NCBI GenBank assembly: GCA_000320545.1
Contig: ADNK01000544.1
Span: forward strand, 131,569 to 195,568
DNA from: Bigelowiella natans CCMP2755
Taxonomy: Eukaryota > Protista > Cercozoa
DNA length: 64,000 nt
Direction: 5' to 3'
The notes under the pieces are model-generated. The model searched no databases and was not told where the DNA came from. It worked only from the letters and a program-made list of their open reading frames with translations. Of the stretch, positions 13,901 to 27,305 are shown piece by piece. Position numbers and translations under genes: made by a program. Every line of letters starts with the position of its first letter. The first letter of the stretch is position 1.

Positions 13901-14799
13901 AGACTTAAAATTTTACGTTAAAAACTCAGTCATATGAAATTTGTGCAACTTTTGAAAGGTACATTACTATCGCAGTTCGGCGTTTACGTTTAAGCTCGGT
14001 ATTGAAAGTTTGTACGAAATAATCAATGTGATTCTTGCGCATGTAGTTTTGGCATCAATATGAAGTTCAATGTTCAAACGTAACAATTGTGGAAACGTCA
14101 ATGTTTACGATTAAAGGTTGATTCAGACATTGGATCAAAATTTAGTCAGTTTGTGAAGGCGGCTATGGGCAAGGTGGCCATCAATTAACCGCGGTTTCAA
14201 TGATATTCAGAAACTGAAACATTTTGATAGAGATATAAATGGACGCCGACCATGCACTTTCGGAGAAAAACCGTCCATTCGGTACATGTACATCTGCTCT
14301 AGGGCGAAATACTTTGTTCAGTGAAACACATTCTATAAAAAGGACGACGATCAAAGAACATATATGTGCTCTGAGCTTGCTGCCAAATCATACAAAGTCA
14401 TGGGGCTTCTACGGTCTGACGTACCTTCATCAACCTATCTTCCAGGATCTTTTCAGGATTCATCAGGTATACTATATGTGTAAAATAAGATAACAGGTAA
14501 TCAAAAAGTTTGCCAGTAATTTGCGTGAATACACGTACGTGTATACATGATTTAGAACAACATAGAAGTAGTCAGAGATGTCTATTATTCTGATTTTCAA
14601 TTTATCTAAATTCACATTTTAGGACTCATATTTTTGGCGGGTGCTCGACTTGATCCTGAGTAGGCAATTTTGTCCGCATTTCAGTTTTTCCACAGATGGT
14701 TATTTCTGATTGTATGTCTATGTGTGCTCTATATTATATCGTGTTTACCCCACTGTGTGCCAATCAACTTGCAGGCTCAAGATAGATTTTCAGAAATAA
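10966..14799 (+). CDS. PH domain + permuted papain-like (NlpC/P60, YiiX/YaeF, C92-like) peptidase/amidase
   Basis: PH: KDGLLKKRSPGMLK-QWQQRFFILKNDKLYYFK...GCIDLR...RVYDIKAE...DWMRCI. C-terminal: KTGDLFLF...SRYDHVAV (His)...GVLEATG...YMCSELAAKSYKVMGLL...STYLPGSF (Cys). Many short introns. Confidence 0.85.
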
Positions 14800-14949
14800 G
14801 ACGCTATAGGAACTATTGAAGATTCAATTTCATAGCGCTCTAGCTTGACTTGTCAGCAGCTGCTGTCTTCAAAACATTGTTAAATGTGTGAATAAGAGCT
14901 GTGCTTGTCATGTCAACGAATAAACCACTATTGCATTGATTGTTATATT

Positions 14950-15730
14950 GTTGCGATTGGATGTGACAATCACGAATGCCAATGCCGACTACATGCATCG
15001 CATGGTCCGAATGATTGTTGTTTCTGTGCAAGCAATTTGTCCCCTGTGACGAGAGCACTGCAAACACCATTGAGTCGTCAGAAGCGCAGAAGCGCACGCG
15101 CACGTGCATGCCTAAACAGCAAGCGCGTCGCATTCACGCCTCCAAGTGGATCGTGCGATCCGATCCAAAGATGCGCATCCATTAGACAGATCTAGACGTG
15201 ATCTACCGCATGTTTGACCGCGACGAATGATGAAAACACCTAGACACCCTCTAGCCTTTGATGCTAATGACAGAATTAGCATGGCCTAGTTAGCTCTAGA
15301 GCTAGACTGCTAGACTAGTAGATGGCATTGTTGTGCATGCAATTGTCGCGCTCACTCTGAGGAACTTTCTCAGAAGCGAGGACTCCATGCGCACGTTCTG
15401 AGATTGTTCCACGAGCGACGCACATCACGTCGCTGTGCAGCGTCTCAGGACACTGCACGTCGCGTGTGGACTGTGGCGTGCAACCGTGCGCCACACAATG
15501 CTGGAATGTGCGAGTGTGTGCAGCAGCAGAACGTGCACATCTAGTATATCTCGACATGCCGCTAGCTAGCTAGCACGATTGCAATGAGGGGCATTGTGCC
15601 TGGCTGCCCCTGTGCTCGCTGCATGCTTGCGCGATGCATCGACACGCGCTAGCGCGCGCGCATGACTAGATGTGAAGTGATGACTTAAAGGTGTCGTTCT
15701 GCGTTGTGGTTGCAGTGTCATGTCTAGTGA
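14950..15730. other. TpA-depleted, CTAG-rich island in a tail-to-tail gap
   Basis: Long TA-free runs (e.g. about 15322-15540); clusters such as tagctctagagctagactgctagactagtag and gctagctagctagc. Confidence 0.85.
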
Positions 15731-16039
15731 GAATTTCATCATAATTATTCCTTACCGCGCTAGTCTATTAGCGCGTTTCAGTCTTTCGATGATCTGCTAC
15801 TGTACATTATGCCATTCCTAGATTTAGATGCACAACCACGAGGTTCTATTTCTACTTTTCTTTGTTTGGACGACTTGTTAGGGTTGAAAGAAAGGAATTG
15901 TCTAGATCGTGCTTGACTCGTCATACATGACATCGATTAATTGTCTTAAACTATTATTGTACATTTTTGTCCCTACTAAATTTTGATTCGTTCGATCATG
16001 CTTGCGTTTGACAAAAAAATCTTTAGAAAATGCATTAGT

Positions 16040-18158
16040 TCACTTTTCAACGGTTCTGGTGAGAGCATCAAGTTGTGAATCTATGTCTTTCGATATAATT
16101 TCGTTGCTATTTAAAGCATTAGCAACAACAGCAACATCCTTTCTATTCTTTTCTTCAGCAGTAACAGCAAGAGAGAAAGAAGGCGGCTTAGGCTTAGAGC
16201 TTCGCGGGGTGTTTTGCCCTAACATGCCTGGAAGCGTTTCCTTTCTTTTTGTTCTATCAACCGCCGCCGTTATTGTTGCAGCTGCCGCTGTTGTTCCTTT
16301 ATTTTGAAAGAGATTCAGCGATCGTGATCGTTGAAGCTCATGAAACTCGGCTAAATTAAGGTATTGAAGTATCTCTTCCGCAGATGCAAGACGCCGAATT
16401 AACTAAACAGGATAAACGTATTCATTAATTTTTTTGAATAACATATATATACTTATACGTATCTTCGTCAATAATATGACATCTCTGAGTCCGTCATTAA
16501 TCTCATCTGATGAGGATTTGTTGCTGCGACAATAGTAGGCAGCACCAGGCGCGACGTCATCGTGATTTTCATTCTTCTAAGTCGTTCTACTTACATCGTC
16601 TGTAGATAGTTCACTAATTGGTCCAAGGTATTGAGCACCCTGTATGTTGCCACAAATTCAACAATGTTATTCCATATTAGGAATACTTTCACCAGGAGGT
16701 AAAAGAACGCAACAAAAGTTGAAGGCAACAGTGGTCCATTTTACTACTGCTACTACAATAATAACCCGATCTTCATCCAGCTTTGATAAGTATTTGCGAA
16801 GCGATTTCCATAGGGTGGTGGTTACATTTTTAAGGCCTGGCAACAAAACGCCAAGAGAGATTAGTTGGGCAATTGCCATCATCAAAGGCTATCAGTACGT
16901 CTAATAGTTGACATTGTAGTCTTTACAGTTTTCGTTATTTTAGTACCGGTTAGAGCAGATTTATGTGGAATTCCCGGCGATCGAAGCACCCTATCACTGT
17001 TAGGTTCCCCACGATGCTGGCCACCACCTAGTCGCACCATTTTGTTGCCGCTTGAACTGGTTGTAGAGCTAGTTGCGGCCATTGCCCTTCTTTTGTTATC
17101 TGCAGATACATTACTCAGTGGAGTCATGGGGTACCCTGCAGGTTGCTTCTTTTCCCAATGAGAGGGGGGGGTGGAAGTAGGAAACGCGGCAGCTCTAGTC
17201 CTTTTCATTCCCGCTGTATTTGAAAATGAGGAAGATAGTTGAGCCATGTAAGGACTTGCTGCCGCCACTGCTTGGTGATGCGCTTTGACTTGGACGACCG
17301 GAGAGGCATGAAGGATTTTTGAAGACGCAGGTAGCGGTTGCACTCTTGGCAACTGCTGCGCTTTGCTGGCTCTATCCGTAGTACCTAAACGAGTCTGTGC
17401 CGGTGAACTTAGCACTGAATCATAGGACGCATTTGTAAGAAAGAAATCATGGCATATGCACTCAATAAGAGACAGTTTTTAGGAATGAATTTAGTAGTTC
17501 TACCTGTAGCAATTGGAACTGCAGTTGGAGTGGCAGTCGCAGTTGCAGTCGCCGCAAGAGCTAATGGTGTGCCTCGTGGAGAGGGTGAGGCATAAGAAGA
17601 GCGTATAGCTTGTTGCTGTTGGTGCTGCTTCTGTCCCGAAACCGGATATACCCCCCCCCTAGAGGCAGGGGTGGCAGGTTTTGCAGTGACGTTTTTTTGG
17701 GTTTGGTTTCCGCCGCCAATAATTCCACTCCGATGCGACACAGGATAAGCTGCTGAGACTGTAGTGAATGGAAGATACGAAACACATCACAACAGGCGTA
17801 CAAAAAGCAAAACAGTAATGGATTAACCGCTTTTAGAATGAGTCAGATACCTCGATTCTGGGCAATAGACAGCCCTACACCTCTTCCTTGCGCTGAAGTT
17901 GCCTGCGACGACGAAGATTGTGGGGTAGACGTAGCTGCAGAAAAAAATTGTGCTAGATATCGCTGTTGCTGCTGAGCTATTTGCTGTTGCATTTGGATTC
18001 GGCGCTGGTCCATAGCTTTGTCGAGATTCACAGGTATAGTTCCCACTGCTTGAACAAAGGCTTGCAGTTGCTGCATTGATTGCATAGCATACATCGGATT
18101 CTGCGGAACTCCCACGCCAATTTTGGTGTTTCCTGCTAATATAAAACACCATAATAAT

Positions 18159-18193
<35 letters not shown>

Positions 18194-18614
18194 GTGTGTG
18201 TTTGTGTGTGTGTAATCATCATTACTTAGAAATGTGCTCATATAATTGCTATCCTTTTTGTTAAAGTTTATTCTATTTTCCCAAGTACATGTTTTCAGAT
18301 ACATCTACAAAAGTCCAGTGGGTTTTATCACAAAAATGGTTCTTCATCCATCGCGTGAACGTCGGGTAAAGAGAATTCAAATTAAAGACAAGATTCAAAA
18401 TCATACCTAGGATCGGCCTTGCCTGACTTTTCGTGGTAGTATTTGGCACCGACCCTTGCGGATTATGTGGGATCTGTGATTTTTCGCCAACATTGGAGGA
18501 TGGGGATGGTGTTGTCTCTTCTTTCTTGACAGTACTAGAATCTTTGACGCCAGCAGAAGCCTGTGGACTTGCACTGGTTGCTTCCTTAATATTACTACTC
18601 ATTTTCGTAATCAT
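16040..18614 (-). CDS. Hypothetical low-complexity (Q/S/T/A/P-rich) protein, multi-exon
   Basis: Consecutive minus-strand ORF segments with GT-AG boundaries (MSSNIKEATS..., AMQSMQQLQAFVQ..., LKNVTTTLWKSLRKYL..., LDALTRTVEK*); no recognised domain. Confidence 0.65.
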
Positions 18615-19140
18615 CTTCCCGATATTCCAGCATGCTATAATTAATCTATCAACTAATCAAGTCCTGTTCCGCATCGTCTCCCTCGGGAACCTCCCCGCTC
18701 GCTCCTTTGTTAGTGCCTACACGAACTCCCCCACCAGTTGATTAATAACTGCATTCAAATTATTAACGAACACGTCATATAGAATATCTATCAAGATACA
18801 TGTAATGGATATCTTAAGACATGGAAATTAGCTAGAATATCTGTGAAATAGCGAATGTTTCAGTGTCCCGTTTCGAGAAATAATTTGAAAATCAGTGCTC
18901 GTACGATTTTTAATTTTATTAAATTTAACATTTCGTCTTTCTTCTCGGCACTACAGCTAATCATGTCGCAGAGCGGACGTAATGCCTTCCCGCTAAGTTC
19001 TTGCTTTTGGGCAACATTGCTTCTACACCTCCGAAAATAAACCAAAATCAAGGTAATTTCGTGTGCAGCAGAGGATTTACGGAGTGGCGGGCTGATATGC
19101 TTTCCGAACATCTAAACAGGAGTAAAACGAAAACATATTT

Positions 19141-19863
19141 ATGTCGCAAGTTGTGAAGCCACTGTGTTTTTGGAATAAACGATACTTCGGCGAACACGAA
19201 CGAAGCCGCCCACCTCCCAAACCGCCAACCATGATTGCAGATCACGATATGAAAATTGTTTCAAATAGAAAATACCAGAGCAAATCGTCTACCAAATCTT
19301 CATCTTTATCGAAGAAGCGTTCCAGGTGTGGGGGCGCGGAATCGTCTTCCCGATCGAACGCTGTTAAAATTCATAAGCTACCCAAAGGCTCCCTCCTGTA
19401 CAGGGTTCATCATGTTCCCGTCAGTCAGCGAGTTGAGCTCAGAGAACTGGAAAATGATGACCAAAGTTGGATTTTATTCTCAAATTCTACGAAGTTTATC
19501 GGTTCTTCTCCACTCGGAACAAAATCTAGAGTCGTTGAATACCGTACATCCTCACAGATGAAGCTTCTTGCGATTGAAAGTATGCCCAGTACAAGATGCA
19601 TCCGCAGTTCCAAGGATATGGATTTAGACGTTAAAGGAGACAATTTTAGAGAGAAAAAAATTGGAGGAACACCCACCAAGTCCCGTCCGGAAATGTTAAT
19701 ACAGGACAGAGTAGAAGCTGAAAGTCTTGACGGATGGATTTCCGGGAGGCGAATCTGTTTAAAGGATGACTCAAGGATTCGATTGGTGGACGATGATAAG
19801 AAAACAGGCCTTTCTCAACAGCTTCTAACAGACATGTTTCTTAGACTGAGTATGAAGAGCTGA
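19141..19863 (+). CDS. Intronless 240-aa hypothetical protein, possibly ADP-ribosyltransferase-like fold
   Basis: Single ORF with motif order LPKGSLLYRV...WILFS...VVEYRT..MKLL...LDGW. The fold call is by eye only. Confidence 0.7.
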   Translation: MSQVVKPLCFWNKRYFGEHERSRPPPKPPTMIADHDMKIVSNRKYQSKSSTKSSSLSKKRSRCGGAESSSRSNAVKIHKLPKGSLLYRVHHVPVSQRVELRELENDDQSWILFSNSTKFIGSSPLGTKSRVVEYRTSSQMKLLAIESMPSTRCIRSSKDMDLDVKGDNFREKKIGGTPTKSRPEMLIQDRVEAESLDGWISGRRICLKDDSRIRLVDDDKKTGLSQQLLTDMFLRLSMKS

Positions 19864-20210
19864 AGATTACATCTATCGGCTGCTAATCGATGAGAAGAAT
19901 ATTTTATTAATAAAAAAACAGTTTATTATATGTAAGCACGTAAACGATACGTTCATTCGAGACTTCCTGTATGCATGGAACTATACATTAGATATAAATA
20001 CTATGTGATAGGATGAAAACTATCTTGCAATCATATCGGCACGCGTATATAGCATCTAGAGCATGTACGTGAGTCGGTGCGCTCATGAGCACGAATGATT
20101 AAGCTATAAATAATCTAGATAATACCATTTTCATTTTTCTGTACTGAAATGTGTGTGATATATCTCTATATACAACAAATGTACTTGCATTAACTATAGA
20201 CACAGTATAT

Positions 20211-20247
<37 letters not shown>

Positions 20248-20251
<4 letters not shown>

Positions 20252-20731
20252 CGGATGTAATGAAATGTTTAAATTTTTTCAATGGTCATCCTAATATAGC
20301 TGTGCAATGATGCAGCGGCTACAGCGCTTAAATAGTGTCTGTTTGTTTCCTTGGTCACATGTTGCATGCATGAAAATGCATCATGATTTGGTCTAGCATG
20401 TCGTGCTTTGCGCGCAGCTTTGCGAGTTGCTTTTTCTGCGGTAGTGAGACACGTAGTCTCATCGTTGCGATCCATGATGGCCGTCAGTTGTTTGTTGATT
20501 CTGAGTCTCTGTGGTCCGTATTTTCTGCATTGCAGAATGTGGTCCATGTCTTGCAATGTGTTGCATGTGTCGCACATTGCTTCCAATTTTGTGCGTTGTC
20601 CTCTGGACAGCAAAAAAGTTCCAATGTTGCCAACACCACAGATGGCGCGCATCCATGATGTAGCAATCTAGCAATGCTTGGCAGCTTCAATGTGATTCCT
20701 GTTGTGCGAGAGCCAGGCATGAAACCAAGTT

Positions 20732-20735
<4 letters not shown>
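20248..20735 (-). mobile_element. 5'-truncated non-LTR retrotransposon (LINE) 3' fragment between two (TA)n tracts
   Basis: RAICGVGNIGTFLLSRG...CDTCNTLQDMDHILQCRKY...R resembles the C-terminal CCHC zinc knuckle of LINE ORF2. Stop is followed closely by (TA)n at 20214-20247; a second (TA)n lies at 20736-20771. Confidence 0.75.
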
Positions 20736-20774
<39 letters not shown>

Positions 20775-21170
20775 GCGTACGTCCACATTGTATTACAGCA
20801 GCACGCCGACGTTGCATCACCGTATTATCCGTATGTAGGGCTACACGCACTAGCGCACATAGTAGTAGCTCTCTATAGCTTATTTGCACGCTGGCGCGGA
20901 CACATCATCATATGATGTATTATAAGCACTATGCGCAACCGCATCGCATCGTCACATAGCACTATATACACTGTGTGCAAGGCGCTTATTTGTATTACTC
21001 GATGTTGTCAACAATCACATACACATATCTAGATATGTACAAGATGTCGTATGTGCGTGCAGTCATGTGTCGTGACACACTAGCGCAGAATGTAGCCACA
21101 GCATGTAGCTCGTGCAATAATGTCATATGTTATTATGTTTATAATATAAGAACTTTCTTTCCCCGTCATC

Positions 21171-21597
21171 TCAATCTTTTCCATCATCTTCTGGGAATAA
21201 CTCGTCAACATCTTGTGTGCTGTAACCGTCTTTCTCATCAGGCCCCATAAGTTCATGATCTAATTGTGTAGTTTTGCGGTATCAGCACAAAATGGGAAGG
21301 CCTTAAAAGATAATTGCGAGAAAAATCCCTCGAATATAGCATAGTATCATTATGTAGATTGATATAACCTTCTTCTTCAAAATCTTCAGCATACTCCTTA
21401 AGCAATTCCTCCTCATCCATTTCTATTACACATAACGAAGAAATTATTCTCAAGATCGCCGAGATACACATGCGTAGTCTACGACCAGTTGTTCCATCAT
21501 TGAAAGCAGCATTAAGTTTCGCTTTCTCATATTCTTCATCAATCTGAGGAAAATAATTAAAATTATTGCACGTTTTTCCCCGATATCTGTGTTGCTT

Positions 21598-21666
<69 letters not shown>

Positions 21667-21844
21667 CTCCTTCTCCTCATCAAACCCTCCCCTCTCTTCG
21701 GAGTAATTGAGTAACACCTCGAAGCCCATTTTCCTCATGCGTGCAATGTATCTGAATAAAATGAGTAGAATAGAAAATTCAAAATTTTTCCATAGTCTCC
21801 TGAGTGACAATACATGAATAATAACATTCGTACATCAAGCATTA

Positions 21845-21887
<43 letters not shown>

Positions 21888-22083
21888 TACTGTTCTTGCT
21901 CAGCCTTTTCATCAGCAATGAATTTCTCCTCCATACTCTCCAGATGTTCCATTTCCTCCACAGTAGGAGGTACGATATACGCATTGTCTTCTTTCATAGT
22001 GCTGAAGGAAAGACAGGAAAGAGTAAATCACCACATTGCAACAACCGATATGTGTGGCATACTACTTTTCAATTTTTTGCACA

Positions 22084-22114
<31 letters not shown>

Positions 22115-22749
22115 TCAGTTAATTACTACTGCTACTACTACCCAGGAATCTTCATCATTGGAACGCCGTATTTGCGGGGAATCTCAGCGATGACCTGGTT
22201 ATGACCGATAATGTACGTAGTAAAAAACAAAGGAAAAGAATATGACAAAAAGGAGGAGGAGGAGGAGGAGGAAAACGATGATTATCACGAGGTATCCTAC
22301 TTACGATCGTGATTTATGCCAGTGGTGGTGTTTGGTAAGTCCGCATAAATGATTTACTTATGTTACTTTTTTGACTCTGAGTTGTTGCTCCTTCATCTTC
22401 GTGTACGTCAGCACCTAATGAATACCAATCCAAAATCATCATCGTACTACCAGCAAAACCTAGAAAACGATGTTGCTTCAAGGGACTCTTTACGGAATAT
22501 TGTGATACACCTTCTTTAGTCATTTGTGTACATGTACTCGAATATGTACCCACACATAGCATCAGAGAGTAGGTGTGAAAAGAAGGGAGGGGGTCAATAG
22601 TTATGAACTACTTCGTATTGTGTGTCTGTTGGATCGTAGACTGCTTTTCCGCGAGCCTTGTAGTTTGTAGTGTGGCAGGTAACTTGTGAAAGGAGCTTGA
22701 ATAGACATTTAATCTAATAATAACAACAGCGACATCAATGAGAAAAAAG

Positions 22750-22780
<31 letters not shown>

Positions 22781-22863
22781 GGGGGGCCTCTGAGGTACTC
22801 TGCAGAACCATGGATAGTTTAATCTTGTATCCCTTTCCCCTATTATCATCTTGTTTTATATAA

Positions 22864-22952
<89 letters not shown>

Positions 22953-24162
22953 TGTGTGTGTATAGTGGTATTATGTTTCCTTTCCTGTCGTTGTTGTTGT
23001 TGTTGTTTTTGTTGTTGTTGTTGTTATTTCATAATACCACTGTGGTTCGAGTCCTTGGGCCTATTATCTTCACGGTCACATCCGTAATACCAAAGCACTG
23101 ACAACATTAATGAGCAAAATAGTCATGCTATTGCCGCTACTGGTGCTGGTGTTGATACAATAGACGTGAAGAGAGATTAAATTCACTCGAACAAAAGTTG
23201 GATGATGGTATTGGAAGTGAGTAAGGTTGTCTCTAACATACTTGCATGCTATTATTTCGGATTTTCTAATACAACATGGCTCATACCTTATTTTTATTAT
23301 TATATCAGATAGAACAAACACCTCCATTCAAACCCGCAACAAAAACAACAACTCCTACTACTACCTTCAAGACGAGATCTACAACTGGTGCAGCCTGCAT
23401 CACATTGATTTGAATGTTGGTTTACTCATATCACATTTTATGCTAACATCATCATCATGATCATCATCAGATATCTTAATCAAATGATGATGACTACTTC
23501 GTGCTTATAGCACCACTCCCTACTCCTCTTCTTACCGTGACACCATGCATTTCAGGACGTCGCCACATTATCATACGAGTGCCTTGAAACTTGGCTAAGA
23601 GAACGATGAAGAAGAAGTATCAAAAGAGAAAAGTTAGGACATATTGTTCTCTTCGCAATGTTTCTATTTTATTCTCCCTCTCGCCCTCATCATTCATCCA
23701 TCCATCCATCCATCCTCCCTCCTCTTTGGCAGCCTGCTTCTTCCAACACCACCGTCACCACGAGCACCAACTCCGATGACACTCCCCAATTCAAGATTAA
23801 CAGACAGATATCGGTACACACACACACACACACACACAATATATATATATATATATATATATGTACGCATAAAGATATTGATATATGTGGTTGTTTTTTC
23901 ACCTCGAATCTCTTTATCGTAGATAGTGCGTCCTTGGTAGAGCGGCACAAACATCAGGTTCTTTAGTAGGTTTACATTGGCTCGATCCTGTCGTTATTAT
24001 CACCAAACCGACTCAGATATAAGTAGCAGCAGCATCACAAATAATGATTACTAGTTGGGCAACACCGACTCACCAAAAACCGTATGCATTCACCACCACA
24101 CCAACACAAGTGGCAAATAGGAACTCCTTTCTGTTTTTCTTTAATTATTTTTCCTCTCCTAT

Positions 24163-24206
<44 letters not shown>

Positions 24207-24304
24207 ACACACACACTACTTTCCCTCTTTCTCCATCATCTCAAAAGTATTACGCATACCCTGACGCCTTCTGGACCAGGAGCTTTTCCATACCTATACA
24301 ACGA

Positions 24305-24335
<31 letters not shown>

Positions 24336-26307
24336 AAGAAACTTATCTTTAACATCTAATCAAGGCTAGCGTGTAGCCCGAATCGTCGTTTTCACACGTA
24401 CAGTCCAACCTTATCATCATCATTATATCATCATCCTCATATTGCTTAGTCCTTGTAGTTCTAATATTTCCTTGCTTACTTACCCCCATCCTGCGTATCC
24501 CTTCCCATTTCCGGCGACAAAGAAGTAGCCGTACGACATCTTCCGCCCCCCAGGTATAATCTGAATACATAATCATCATCACAATCATCATCATCATCAT
24601 CATCATCAGCCATAATCGGGATAAAGCGAATGAAAATAGGAGAATAATTTGAAATGAGTTATCGTCACTAGAGCAGCTGAAGAGGGCGACCAATCACCGT
24701 ATGCTACGTTTGTACAGAACATGCAAATTTACATTCATGTGTGCATGAGAAGGGGGGGGGGGGGGGGGGATAAGGGGGGAAGAGTAAGGTCCCACCTTAT
24801 TGAACATTCTGGTCTCAATGTCAACCTAAAATGAAAAGAAGTAGTACCCATTTCAGTAGGTATGTATTTAATTTCGTGCGCAGCAGATGGGACAAGTTCC
24901 CAGATGCTTTTAGTAGTGATACAGTACTACATAACAAAACTTAAACATCATAGAGAGATAATGAATAAAATTGGAAAGGGACTCAGAAAATACTACCTGA
25001 ATCGGTAGCAATCTTCCCAATTTAGTGGCAAGTTGTGTTGCCCGCGTATCCTTTTCCCTATCCTATCAAAATATAACATATTTCTTGACATGGTGGTCTC
25101 GAAAGGAGGGACAACAACCGTAGCAGCAGCAGCAACAAGCACCTACATTGTTTTGCCTGTTATCACGACTATCATCCTCCTTTTTTGAGGCCAGGTCATC
25201 CAATGGGTACTCTTCCCCACGCATATCTTGAACAGCCTACCAAAGAAGAGGAAATATATAAGAACACCCAAAACATGATGAAACCCTATATCGCGAATTA
25301 TTAAGATGTCGATTGTCAGCTTGCTAACCTTTTCTGAATTTGGAATCTCTAGGATCTCATTATCTGCTAGCTCGACCTAAAGTAACAAAAGCAGTCAATG
25401 CTCCATGAATCTAGTGAACAATGACAAAGTAGAGGTTGTTCTATTTCTCGTTTATTTTGCATACCGCAGATCTGACGTCTTGCTTTGCAAGCTCGAATAA
25501 TTCTGGAACCTTCCAGATCGTAGTACAATTAGTCAATACCAATGATATTGATAATAAAATATGAGGGAAAACCCATAGTTGTATGATGTTGTTAATTTCT
25601 CAGAAGCTTACTTGTTCAGGAGGTGGTAAATTCTCTTCAATACATTGCTTATGGAGTTCCTATCGTAGGACGGTATAGCAGCAGCATTTAAGAACAAACT
25701 AGGAAGAAGAATCCCCCTTCCCATATATAATTTCCAGTGCATATTCCCCGCAAGGTAATTTTAGAATGATTAAGTATGCATTGTTAAGTGAAATACTGAC
25801 CTTCTTCAGTTTTCCATATTCAAGCATCTCCTCCAACGTCTCGAAACTAACAGGAGTGTGGAGTTGTTGTGATAAATTTTGAATCATATAAATTATTTTA
25901 TATTCTCATTTGTACGTACCCAGAAGGCTTGTGGAAATCCTCGATGACACTGCTGTTATTCCACACCTTAAATGATAACAAATAATATTTATGACATCCT
26001 CGCTGTTGCCTCTCACCCTTGTTGAACATTTGCTTTGCAAAGTGTAAAGTCAATCACATTCAATATCAAAACTCAAATTTTGAATGACGACCTCATCGAT
26101 TGTCTTCCATTCCCTATTGGGGGTGGCCTTTTTTTTGGATGGAGTAGGACGCGATCTTCGTGAAAAGCTGCTCGTAGAAAATAGCATTGCCTGCTTCGTC
26201 CTCGCCTCAACCACTGTCTGGCGCAAGTATCGATGGCATACGGATTGTGTGGAAGATGAAGTATTTGTGGCAACACGGTTTTTTAGAAGCCTTTTGATGA
26301 TAATCAT
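21171..26307 (-). CDS. Hypothetical multi-exon protein, possible mitochondrial presequence; microsatellite-rich introns
   Basis: First exon is R/S/T-rich and acid-poor (MIIIKRLLKNRVATNTSSS...). Many short exons with GT-AG ends; last exon ...STQDVDELFPEDDGKD*. The exon chain was not fully resolved. Confidence 0.55.
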
Positions 26308-26711
26308 CGCAGACAGTAGGGGGCGTGGGCTGGGCCACACGCACTAACGCCGAAATATATTTCTTATCAACGACAAGCCGATACACAAGACGCTGGTTAC
26401 AAACACACTTCTAGTCCTACTTCTCCATTTTTTCATATTTTATGATGTCGTATGTTGTGATAGCACGATATTCAAGAATTGACCATCTGAGACAATCGAT
26501 AAATGCGAATTTATAGATAAATTGGGCTCATTTCCCTAACCAGACTGTGTTTTATATTTACGACTTTTAATACTCTTCAGATTTTAAGAAAACGACATTC
26601 ATTTCATCATTATTGCCAATTAATCAGAAACAGCAAAAACGTACGCCTACGAAATTTGCCCCCCTTCGTCAACAACGCCGATCTGAACTTGAATCGGAAC
26701 GTATTCACGTA

Positions 26712-27260
26712 ATGGCGTCTTTTCTTTCTACCGGAGAACTTAGTAGGATCAGAAGACTTGCTGGATCCAAGAAAAAATCTGAGAATACTTCAAAATTTAA
26801 GGTAGCCAGTTTATGCTGTATCTGTAGTGCCCTTAAAATAATGCTAATGTTCGTGCTGTAACGATTTGTTATAGGGGAAATCAGATTTAGCCTTAAAGTC
26901 TGAATCTCGTTCTAAGAAATGGCCGAATACACTTGAAAATTCAAGGGCCAATAAATTAAAAGCAAGACAGGCACGTTTGGATGAGATCGAGGTGTGATGT
27001 TCTATTCTACCTCAAAATTGAAGCAAGCACATTGACTATATGAAATGAAATATCAGCGCAAACAACAAATTATTGACAAAGAGGAGGCGATTCTGAAAGC
27101 GGAAGAGCGGAAGAGGCAGATAGAGCGGGCACAAAATATATTGTATAATGCGAGAGACAATGTGAAGCAGTTCAACTCTTCAGTTTTGTACGCCAAATCT
27201 TTGAAGGAACAGCAAAAGCAAATTCAGATGAAAAAGGTTTCATACGCGCGCACTAACGCA

Positions 27261-27305
<45 letters not shown>

